Shown in pieces: positions 12,912-24,200 of a DNA stretch of 64,000 nt (positions are counted from its first letter, which is position 1; the number at the start of each line of letters is the position of its first letter). The notes beneath the pieces are model-generated. The model was not told the origin of the DNA, did no database searches, and was given only the letters and a program-made list of their open reading frames with translations. Origin of the DNA: Klebsormidium nitens (Eukaryota; Plantae; Klebsormidiophyceae); NCBI GenBank assembly GCA_000708835.1, contig DF237170.1, positions 62,001 through 126,000 of the forward strand, given 5' to 3'. The translations under genes and the position numbers were made by a program.

Positions 12912-13676
12912 GCTATTACCTCGCTCGTGAATTGCTCCTCCTGAGCTGGTATTTTAAGTTCCGACCCTATGATGCTGAATTGCACAGCTTCGAAGCTCTG
13001 CTTGTGGGGTATGTGAAGTCAAATTTCATTGTGTTGTCCCGATCATGTAATTGTGTAATCTGTGCAAATGTGACACTCCACTGCAGACCAGTTAATGTTT
13101 GCATATAAATGGTACTTTCGGTAACTTTTATTGCATGATTGCATAGTGTCATTCGACACCGCTCGCTTCAACCTTTCCAAGTCGACCATGTGCTAATGTA
13201 TATCGAACACAATATCCAAGACGCTGGTTTGTTGTCAACGTGCATATAAGCAGCATATAGGTAAACAGCTCTGGCAGCTTGCATTGCACATATGACACCA
13301 TGCATCAGTGTGGGTCCTGAATAGAGATGCTTGTAGGTGCAGATCCCCGCTGCACTTAACCAGAGGAGATGGATGTCCAAGAATTTAACTGAAACGAGAC
13401 GCATCCTTTGGCATATACTTTGGCAACTTTATTCAACGTCATTCGGTTGTATTGCAAGCATTTTAAAGGAGAACGGACCGAGATCGTCATTAGAGTCGGA
13501 GTTATTTGGCCATCTAGCTCCCATCTAGCTATATTGTATTAAAGTATCTCAATTGCATAGTTCAGTATACCGCGTAATAATCAAATCGACTGACGGTGAC
13601 CTTTTTCCTTATCACCGACTCAGGGTCATGCAGAAGCCCCAGTGCTGCAAGCTTTTATTTGGAGGCCTTAGCTGTA

Positions 13677-13887
13677 TAGGTAGTACTAGGTACCTAGTAG
13701 CCTACGTAGGCTACAACCGTATAGCTACCGTCCTCAGGCTGACTGTATGCCCCTGCTAGGTACAAGTGATACAAGGACCTAGGTACGGTAGGTAGAGTCT
13801 AGAGATATCTCATCAAAGCTCAGGCTGGCTGTTTGAAGTTTGAACATGTTAGGTAGGTGCGGTACTCAAACGCTGATGCACTAGGTA
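13677..13887. repeat. TAGGTA/TACCTA-dense tract with overlapping perfect palindromes
   Basis: TAGGTA at 13677, 13687, 13757, 13780, 13789, 13850, 13882; TACCTA at 13691; TACGGTA at 13784. Palindromes: TACTAGGTACCTAGTA (13684-13699) and GTAGCCTACGTAGGCTAC (13697-13714). Confidence 0.85.
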
Positions 13888-15818
13888 CGAACGACACCAC
13901 CGTCTGCATACGTACTCAGTACTGTGTACATTGCACTTCACGACTTGACAGCGAAGGCTTGGGGGTAAAACCAATGGTACCGTTCCGGATCAACCTCGGT
14001 GCCAGGTGGCAGGGTGGTTCTGAATCCGTATAGGTGTCAGAAGCTTCCATGCTACCAGTAGCAGACACTATGCTGTCCCTGCTCATCACGGCAAAATTAA
14101 AAACACCAAGAGAAAACTTTGACACAGGACAAGCCAAGTCGGAAAAGATATTGTATAAGGGGTCTCTGACGTCACTAAGCCAAGGGTCCACAAAAATATA
14201 ATTGTCGTCATGATGGAACCGACTGGAAGCCTCCAGCGTATACCGAGGGAATTTTCTCGACTCCAAAAGAAAGTGGTCAGCGCAGAACTGAACCTTGGTA
14301 CGGGGTTCCAGACACGTTCCGGACGGGACTGCAAGACACCGAGTCACGATACCGCCCTCACTTTTCTGCACTATAAAAGCGGACAATTCCAACCATCATT
14401 TCTCATTTCCGACTTTCCGAGCTCCGGATTTCTGAGTGCGCAGCCCAGGGTCGACCAGCAGGGCCAAGAAGGTGACGTCAGAAGCTTGCTGACGTAATAT
14501 TTAAATTATACATTGTGTTACTATGTACAACCTCAGCTTCGGACCGGTTATGTTCAACCGACAACAAAAAGTTGCAACACGGCACAACGTCACCAACGGC
14601 CACTGGTACCTACCAGCCTTGAGTGCCTCTGCCGGTCGCGAATCTCAAATCGACGGCGCAAAGCAAGCATCTGATGGAATCCTGCAGCATCGACGGCTAT
14701 CAATGAGCGACAGGTTGTGCTTGGACGCAATCTGTGTTACCACATGGTAGGTAGCTAGTACCAACACCGTAGATGCCAGTTATACCGTACAGTCTGAATC
14801 GGTATAGTACCGTGTGCCTATACGGTACGATGCATTACGGTACAAGGGGCTTTGTATCGAAGTGCGCACCGTAGGTACCTCGGAACCCCCTCGGACTGTG
14901 CACACTGCACTCCAAGTTGCAATCTGCATGTCCAATGTGCAGTTCCTAGCTGTGCAACTTCAGTGTACAGCACCACGAGTGCTGTACGGTATTACCGAGC
15001 ATGATGTACCTAAATGATTGGTTTTTTCTCGGACGAGCTCTGGAGGCGAAAGCGGCCGTCGGCCGAGCGTCCCAGGCGCAGAGGCCAGGCCATGCGCTTG
15101 GACTGCCTGGATAAATGAATCGTCCCCGGCGCTTTGCCGGCCGATTGGTCTTCGATCGACCTTGTTTCAACGGGACCTTGCCGGTGCAAGGGGCCGCAAG
15201 GGAGACCAGCTAATAGGTGTTCGCACTCAACATCAGCTTCTGCGCCTCTCGATCGTTTGTGACACTAAACGTGCACCGTTGATCACCCAGATCGGTTTCG
15301 ATGCACCTGATTTCTCCTCGGTTAAAAGCTCTTGTGTTACTCCGAAAGTCTTCGATCAAAGCAGATTCCTCTCCTTGTATTAAAAGAACAGGTAGTTGAG
15401 CGTTAACCGGTTCTTGCTGGCCTGTGTGACTAGCCCGAAAGGTGCCAAGTAACAGTAAGCGCCGGTCCAGGGCATTTAACCTCGATTTGTCGTCCGGAAA
15501 TCAGCCGGAAAACAAACGTGACTAGCAATAACGGGTCCGTCTAGCTCGGAGCGTCGAAAATCTCGGCCCGGGAAAGGGACTCGGGAGTCGGGGCTCCGCA
15601 TCCCACTGCCTCCGTGCAGTGGGCGGCGCACAATTTGTCCCGTCTTTTTCGTACTTCAATCGCCCGTTCGCAAGCCCGCCGGAGGGCCCGTATTCCCGAC
15701 CCCAAGGACAATTAACTATTGAGTAGTTTTTAAGTACCTACTACCGTACCTTCCAACTTTGGTCGGGAACGTCCGGGGGAAACCACAAAGTTCACCCCGG
15801 GGCCTGGTCTCTACAATA

Positions 15819-16197
15819 CCCGTAGTGGCACGGGGAATTCGCACCAGCTCTTTACGAGTTTATTTTTCTTTGTTTTTCCAGTTCGCAAACCGGGGTTAAG
15901 CTTCAGTTTTATTCCTTAACTAAACCGTCTATACCGGGGGGCCTGAAATAGATTCCTAACTTTCTCGCACCATGCGAGTAGAAGTAGTTACTAGTGACGT
16001 AACGTAGTCATAGCTAAACCTCAGCTGCAAATCTAGATCTTAGTCATAGTACAAACTCTTGACCACCTCATTTCATGTTTCCGAACTCAAAAGCTCCATG
16101 CTTCGGTACGGGCTTGTTAACTGATGTATGTATGTATGTATGCAACTTGACGTCTGTCAAGAATATATCTGGTGCGAATTCCCCGTGCCCCTACGGG
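15819..16197. mobile_element. Non-autonomous TIR element (MITE), 379 bp, TA target-site duplication
   Basis: Left TIR CCCGTAGTGGCACGGGGAATTCGCACCAG (15819-15847). Right TIR CTGGTGCGAATTCCCCGTGCCCCTACGGG (16169-16197), 28/29 match. TA on both flanks (15817-18, 16198-99). AT-richer non-coding interior with an (ATGT)4 microsatellite at 16124-16139. Confidence 0.85.
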
Positions 16198-17656
16198 TAG
16201 TCCTCGGTCATTGGGCAGTTGACCAGAGGAAGGTTCCATGGATCATTGCCCGGGAATCAGCGCCAGGCCGGCCGGCTTGACCAGGAATTCGGTAACGTAC
16301 TACCTAGGTATATGGACCTTGGCCTGGGCTGGTGGGCTGGGCAACCGCACCGTCAGATCGACCGGTGTGTAATAGCTTTATACCGTGGTTACGTACTACG
16401 GTGCCTACTATCGGGACTCGGGAGGCCGGATATCTACACGGTAGGTAGTTACCTAGCCGGGCACCTATCGGTAGTACCTGCCACCTGGTTTCTGCGGTAG
16501 CCGCCTTGCTGATCGACTGTGTCACTACTAGGTACGTGCGACTCACAGGTTGTACAATCTCGTGAACCACGTGCCAGCCAGTTCAAAGTTCAAACTGGGA
16601 GCTCAGTCTTGAGAGTTCGCACTCCGTACGGTCAGTCACAGGCTCACAACCGTGACGGCACCAGGGCCCGATCCTGCCGCCTGCGTCGAATGCTGGCTGC
16701 TCGGAGAGAGTCTTCTGCCCACGGGTGACAATGATCAGGATGACGTCCTTCTAGAAATGCGGAGAATCTAGCTCCAGAAATTTTGAACTTCTGGCGCAAC
16801 CTTGGACCGACGACGTCAAGAAGTGTATCGAATCCGTCGAACCTGGGCGACGCAGTGTTTCGCTGCTCCGCGGCCGTTATCGCTTTCAATGGCGGACTTT
16901 GCTCAAAAGACCGGGGTAACGCTCTGTCTGGCCTACATCTATGCCGGAATGCGCTCGCTGCTGATGTCGAATGCACGTTCGGTTGCCGCACGTCGAAACC
17001 CGCGGTTCGACGCGTGACGCGACCGGTTGAGATTTTCCCCGCGCGAGCGAAGGTGCGGCTTCGATTGCATCCCGGGGCAGACCGGAGACTTTTTCGCCGT
17101 CTGTTCCGGAATTTCAAATTCGAGCTGGTGCAATCCAGTCGATGATTCAACTTGCAGGGTGGCGCCGCCCAGAGGACGTCATGGCCGGCCACTCGTCCCC
17201 CGCTCAAACACCAGCACAGCACTGCTTGCAGGAGCGCCGCCAGGGCGCTCCTGTTTCCTGCTGAGCAACGAAAAATCATTGCACCAGCGCTCCTGTGATC
17301 ATGGTCGTCTGGCAATCACCATCTTTAGCAGCATGTCAGGCTCCATGCGTTACAATCTCCTTCCTCCGAAGCGTCAAAAGTTCTGAAAGGTCGATCTGTT
17401 TTGGATTCTGGAGCAAGACTTATGCTTGTTGCACGCTTGCTTTGCTCTCTTCGCAAACGTCAGACCCCTCCGGCTGCAGCTCCCCAATGTTCGGCTATAA
17501 AATGCGGGCCCTTCTCCGCATTTCTCACAACTCGCAATTCGCCTTCCAACTTTCTCAGCATTCCCCAGCTTTCCTCCCAGCTCTCCCAGCTTCCTCTCCC
17601 AGCTCCCTGCTCTCCAACGCCCGCTCTCTCAGCCACTTCTCTCGTCCCCAGCAGCA

Positions 17657-18870
17657 ATGGAGTCCTCCACCCAGGTTTTGGCCCTCGCCTTCCTGATCCT
17701 GCCTGCGGGGATCGCCAGCGCCTCCCTGCTGAAGAACAGGGTCCAGTACTGGCTCGCCATCCACATTGCCCTTCAGGTGAGTTGGATACCAAAACCTGCT
17801 CTTGTCTCCATTGTCTAAGTTGAACTCTACAGATGAGCTCATTGATGGGGTAGTTGTGTGCTTTCATCTGCCTTTGCGAGACAAGCTGTTCCTCCTCCTG
17901 GTGCTCATGCATGTCTCTGTGCTTGTGACAGGTTTGCTACACTTTGTGTAAAGCCCATCAAACCATGCAGTATAGTTGCATGTAAAAGGTCTGCAATGTT
18001 GGGGGTACATGGCTTGTATAGTATGTTTGAACTTCTTTCATGTCTTTCCCTCTGTGGGCCTGGTGTTGTTCTGAACAAGTTGTTTATCAATTGATGCTTT
18101 GCCACTGTTCTCGGAAAAGTGCTAAAAGACATAGAACACCTTCACAAGCAATTCCAATTTGTCTTTACTACTTCTCCCCTCTCCTGTCTGAAACACCCGG
18201 AATGTCGTGTCCCAGTTCTCAAAACTCCCCCCCACCTGCAGGTTGCCGGCTGGGTGCTGTGTACCGTCGGTGTTGCCCTTTCCTACCAGAAGTATGGAGC
18301 TGTGTCCACTGCTGAGGCCACCCTTCTCGGACTTGTCTGGGCCAACCCCCTGATCGCTGCCGTTCGCCCCCCCAAGGGCAGCAAGATGTTCCCCGCCTGG
18401 TACAAGGGCCACTGGGCCGTTGGTCTGATCGCCGTCGCTGCCGGCTGGGCTTACCTCGCCTCGGGCCTGAACCAGTTCAAGGGCCTCAGCAACATGGTGA
18501 GCTCCTGCTTCCGTTGTCTCTGTTTGGAAGTTGCTTGTATTACCCCCTGACGTCGGGGTGTGACAGGGTGTCTTCAAGTGTAAGACTGATGTATCAGTCA
18601 GATTGTTGCTCTGCACTGATTATTACACTGGGTCTCTGTCACCAATTCCATCACAAGGCGCATCAGTCTTTGAAGAAAAAGAGAAGCTACACAGAACAGT
18701 GGTTTGGTATGAGGTATGCCGTATGGGGGAATGCTGTGATTTGTGCACAAGGTGCAAGTTGTCAGCTTTCTATCCCAAAGGTATGTCTTCCACCTCCAAA
18801 CACTCCTACCCAGATTCTCACTTGTCGCGTGTTTACTGTGCAGGCTGCCCCTGCCATCGCTGCATTCTAA
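17657..18870 (+). CDS. Small (133 aa) four-helix cytochrome b561/FRRS1-like membrane protein retaining only two histidines
   Basis: Exons 17657-17776, 18242-18496, 18844-18870, all phase 0, with strongly C-ending codons. TATAAA-like box near 17495 and a pyrimidine-rich 5' region. Motifs LPAG..WLAIHIALQ, NPLIAAVRP, WYKGHWAVG match the b561 domain of DOMON-b561 proteins as I recall it. Confidence 0.8.
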
Positions 18871-21252
18871 ACACCCGGAACTGATTGAGTGTTGTAACCA
18901 TTAGATGGTAAGCGTCATCACTTGGTCTTTGAAGGATCGGCTTCAAAACGGAGGTATCATTCTATCTTTCCAGAGTACGTGATTGTCTGCAATGCTGTTA
19001 GCATAGCCTACTTTTTAAGTAGAATATGAAGGTGGTGGTGTTGAACTGCTTCGTTTCTTGTGGAAGTAAAGCTGTCTTCTTAAAGGTTGAGAATGTTAAC
19101 ACTAAGCAACCAAACTAAACGACAGGAAAAACTGTTTTTTCTCATGTGTTCTTCTCACGCTCCTGCAGATTCTCGAAGCTGCTCTTCGAAGAAGTGGTCC
19201 TCTATGTAAATTAGAAAGTCAGGTTCGTTTGACCTAAACCCATGTGTTGAGGGAGTAAGTTAAATAGTTAGCCAAGCTGTGGTTAACCATTTGCGTCCCA
19301 AGTACCCTAATCGATGACAGGTCGTTCCGTTCAAAAGTCGAAGCGAAGTAACGATTGGTCGCACTATTCATAGCGAGCGCAAGCAAGCAACGCCTAAAAG
19401 CCGCAGTCCGACAAAGAAGAGAACGCTTGCAGTCCGTAGTCCAGAGTGCAGAGTCCAGGTAAACGGCTGGACTTGCACCTTGCTTTCAGTCTTTCGAGCG
19501 TCATTGAACTAAATAACTACTTTTCTTTCTTATCTTCAGCAAAATGCTCTCTCTTCGCCCAATCTGTCCATCCTCCGGAAATCTGACAATGACTGTGAAT
19601 TGTGACGTGACCTTAATCATTATCATCGGTTAGTTACGCGATGAAAAGCTTCCTCGTACCCGGCACACTTTGAAATGCCACTATCTGTGTTGCATCTTGT
19701 GTAAGAATGCTCTCAATATAAAACAAAGTTTGTTCTACTTTCCTGACATGTGAGATATGTCACAATCAATACTAGGTACATTTGCGTCAGCTACCAGCGA
19801 AATATCAGCATGCATGATGCAACATTGATGTACCTAATCGCGTAGGAAATGGCATTGGACGTGTCAACCTCCAGTCCCACTGTCCCAACATCTGTGGTTG
19901 TAACATTGATACAGGTATACAAAAAAATTAAAATCCCTGGTTCCTGTCCAGTTAACTGTAGAATTTTACTCCACCGCCAGCTCCTATGAATTCTACAAAA
20001 AAGCACACATTGCATCTTTTTCATGCACAGCACCGGACTGGCTAGCTGATCTGGCAATTTACAGCAACTGCCACAGATCCTGTGATACGAAGATCTTATC
20101 TCAGTGACAAGTGGCGCTTCCCAAACTTCGTGAAAGTTCGTCTCCACGTATGATACGGACCACCACAGCCAATGATTGGCAAATAGCCTATTATAGCAAG
20201 CCGTACACGGTAGCATGCACATTGCAGTAGCAGAAGAATGTTGGAAGCATCTCAGGCTTCGATTCGATACGATACGCTTGCAGAATACCGGTACCTCACA
20301 CATCATGACGATGATTGCATGTCGGCGCTCAGTCTCCTATACGGTCTACCAGACTACCAGCTCACTTTAATATATGCGAGAGTTGCTTGTATTGACAAGC
20401 CTTTGCCCTGAGGGCTTTCGCGGACGATCCCAACTCTTCAGGCGAAAGCGGCCCGCGGTGAGCACCCCGCATTCTGAGAGACACTCATGCTGGTCCTTTT
20501 CAATGTGGATTGTACCGGTAGGTTTTGGGGTCAAACCCTGGAATTAGGACCAGGGTCAGTAACCTGTAATGGACCCTCCGCCGCGGCTCAGCCACATGTG
20601 CCATCCGGTTCCGAGGTGATTGGTCCGACAATGTTATACATGTCAATCCGGAATGCATAAAGCACTGCACAAAGTACGGTAATGCTTTTACCATGGCTGC
20701 ATGGACGTTTGTGACTGCTTGCACTGCTCTTAGCTTTTCAAGACGGTTCACTACAGAGCATCGAGTGTAACAGGGTCATAGCAATGACGTGATGGGCGTA
20801 CCAGTGCCTTGGGTCCGACTCTCTCAACCTCAACCACTTTTATCACTACGTCAACAATGCGACTTAAGTGAGCGCACTGCGGTCCCATCAGTCTCTCGCG
20901 CCCGGTCACATGCTTATACTCAGTACGTTACCCATCCGCTCGTGATGGCATTAAATTGAATGGCAGCGGGTGGCAGCAGGAATTCTACGAACGCACGCGC
21001 AGGTCACCAAGCCTGGTCCGCTAGTGTATTGAGAGGTGCCAAGAGAGCGGTGCGGATTCACCAGTCGGAGACTGCACTTGCAAAAATGACTAAACAATCT
21101 TACGAGCAGAGACAATCAGCTTGTGGTAGTAGCATTTTGTAGCCGTCAGCCAACCAGGCTAAGAACTTTTTAACTGGACAAACAAAGCTGCACACAGTTC
21201 TTACCGCCGCAACTAGGACGGGCGGCCTTCTTACACACGGCACCCCATGCTT

Positions 21253-24200
21253 TCACCTCCGCTTGTATATGCACGCCTTCAATGCCGGCCACGCCACGCC
21301 CCCCCCCTTCTTCCCGGGCCGTTCCTCACCCCCTTTTCGAAACTCCCACCAGATAAACATCTTGTTCGAGTCGTCCTGACGCACTAATTGGAAGCCTAGC
21401 TTCTTGAGCGCCCCCACGAAAGCCCTCGGATCGGCGCCCCCGTTTCGGGGGTCAAACCGGCTCTTCACCTCCGCTATTAGGAGCCAACCCCCCGAAATGA
21501 GAACGCGGTGCGCCTCCTCTAGGAACGAACCGTAGTCCGTGCCCATAAGGGAAAGGCAGAAGACTGCCACGTCGACGGATGCGCTCTCCAGTGGAGTCTG
21601 CAAAGAAAGTCGTAACTCCGATGCGTCAGCCGTTCTTGGTTGTTTGACTTGAGGGCAACCATAGATGCTGGGTTAACGGGTTTGAATTTTCGTTTGTACC
21701 GGAGGTTCGGGGCTGACCTGCGGACCAAATCTCGAGCAAACAAGTTGACCGGCCTCTTGAGTATTGGAGGGGCTGACTGATCCAGTGAACCAAAGTCACA
21801 GGTGAACGTGGAGTTTCGTGGGATTGCTCTGATCTTGCCAACTCGGGCAGGAACGTTAATACGGGTCGAGCACAGGGCACCATCAGCCGCCCTCAAAGCG
21901 CGTGACAAGAAACGTAAGCGCAGCGTTACAAGAATCAACTTCTTCCTTCTCTTTGCAGCACAGGACGCCTTCTCTTGAAAGCAGGCAACAGACGTTACCC
22001 TACTGTGAACTGGCTTTTTGGGAACGGCCTACTTCAGCCTTCACTTGATGGGAACACAACAGATTCCAGAACTTTACAATTAACCACACCGTTGAGTACT
22101 TTGAGGAGCATCGCAAGCGGGGCGTGTCTAGACAGCGGGGCTTTCTCAGGCACAGCAAGAGCATCAGAGTGGGGACGCAACAAAGAATGTTCTGGTCGGA
22201 AAATGCTCAGAGCGAAACGCGAAGACCAAACAGAGGGAGAGGGGATCGCGACTTGGACCATCGGGCGGAAGAAACGAAAGGTACTGCTGTCGGACCAACA
22301 ACACGGGCTGGAAATACACACACAGGTGTGAAGAGCAGCCCAACAATGCAGCCACGCAGTTATTCGGCGCCCTCCCTATGAGCCCGCAGAGTTGCTGCCG
22401 TCACTAAGGGACTACCGAGAGCCACTCTGAAGCGATCTTGCCGATATCCCGAGGAAGGCAAAATGCTAAGAGAGAATGTTTGCGTAACCGCCTTTTGAAT
22501 CAGTTTTATAGCCCCACAGATTTACTGCCGGTCACGGGCGTCTCGCCGTCAGCTACTACAAGGACTACAGCCGACAACAATTGCCGCGCAGACGACAGAG
22601 TTTCAGCTCGATCCCGATCCTTGAATCACTACAAAGGTAACAATCCGCGGAAAGCAGTGACTTCGCGCCTCAACGCCCAAGTTGCTGCACCCGCGGAGAT
22701 TGGGCCGTCGAAGCTCAACCCGCTTCGAGCAAAGGCTTTCTGACACCACGTTTCGCACGCACGCAGAGAGGAAGGGCGTTCCGGCAGGGCGGTGTCAAGA
22801 CTCACGTGAGCCATGTTGCAGGCAATCACTCCCGGGTGCGCCGCCACCAAGTCTAGGGAGAACACCTTGTTCTTGACACTGGCCGCAAGGCGCGCATCGC
22901 CTGAGAGAAACGAGCGCTGACGTCAGCCAAAGGAGTTGGGAATGGCTGACGTCAGCTGGAGGGAGCCGGCGATGGCTGACGTCTCCGAGCAGAGGGGCAA
23001 GGTGACGGTGACGTCAGGTGGAGAGGGCTCGACCGACAACGGAAGCACGCTTGTTTGAGTAGAAGCGGAGGGATGGCATGCCGTTTTGAGTAAGCGAGAT
23101 TTCGCGCTTTACATGGCAATGAAAAGAGTAGCCAGAATGCAGAGACAGGAAGCGAACAAGACAAGTAAACCAAACGTTGAGGCATGCTGACCCAAGCGTC
23201 TTCAAATGACATTCTTCGTGCGTCAAATGTTGAAAGCAGCCGGTTCCTGCAGCGGACTTTCCTCTTTTTTTGGAATATTTCAAAAGCAAGAACAAAAAGA
23301 ATGCACGAAGTCAAACTGGAATTGCCCACGGGGACAGTAAAATCGCCAACTGGGACGTCTATCAATCCGAGAAGGGGTCAGAAAACCTGATCCTCCATCG
23401 GCAATCTGGGTTCTGAGCTCAAGTACGACGATCTTTCTTCTCCGACAGCCTGCTGACTTGCTCTGCTTTCGCCTAGCTTTCCCCTTCACGGTAAGCCTGA
23501 ACTTAAAGTGGGCATAGGCGGCACGCCGGCGGCATGGCCGAAGCGTGACGACGGCACAAGCTAGGCAAGCGAGCATCGTTCGATAGATTCAACCCCAGCT
23601 TTCCTGCCGTCCGATTCGAAATGCACTCCCGAGTGCATACGCCCACTTTAAATACGCCAAAGAATCCGTCTATACTTGCTGGCCCGTCCAGCTGCAACGA
23701 CCCAGCATCCAAATTCTTGTTGCTGCCTTCACTTTTCGACGACGTTGAATATACAGAAGCATGAGTTCAGACACGCGAACTTATGCGTACTAATTCACCA
23801 CTCACACAGGATAAGATCCTTTAGAGAGTGCTTTGAAAGCAGCCCAAATTCCCAGGCTCTGGCCCCGATATCACTCACCGCAGCCAAAGTCCGCAACAGT
23901 GAGGGCCGGCCCGCGCGACCGGAGCCATTCCCCGACCACTTGTACCGGGAGCTTCGGCCAGTGCGCCATTTGCTCTTGATAGCCCCGGTGGTAGTGTCCA
24001 AACTGACCGGGGTCCTTTTGGAACGAGGCGAAAGCGTCGGCTCCCCGGCTCGTGTAGAGGCGCTCGTTCAGCATGCGGAAGTGGCCGCCTTGCAGGCGCG
24101 CGCGCATCTGTACAAGGGGGAAGGACGTGGTTAGGCAATTATGTGTTAGGGGAGGGGACTGAGCAGCTGGAAAATTTCGGTGTGCACGGAGAGCATGTGG

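Noticed and set aside
13916-14392. 158-aa minus ORF with C..VP..C and FCADHF, reminiscent of a THAP finger
   Set aside because: Spacing is far too short for THAP and no other motif supports it. Left as an unsupported ORF.
15440-15810. Helitron or second TIR element left of the MITE (7-bp stem hairpin CCACTGC..GCAGTGG near 15603)
   Set aside because: No CTRR terminus after the hairpin and no convincing inverted ends or TSD.
16600-17350. Overlapping 120-220 aa ORFs upstream of the b561-like gene
   Set aside because: No recognisable motif, splice pattern or codon bias; probably promoter or TE-derived sequence.
20405-20452. Hammerhead ribozyme
   Set aside because: It lacks the CUGAnGA core; only CTGAG and GAAA fragments are present. 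Kept only as a low-interest structure.
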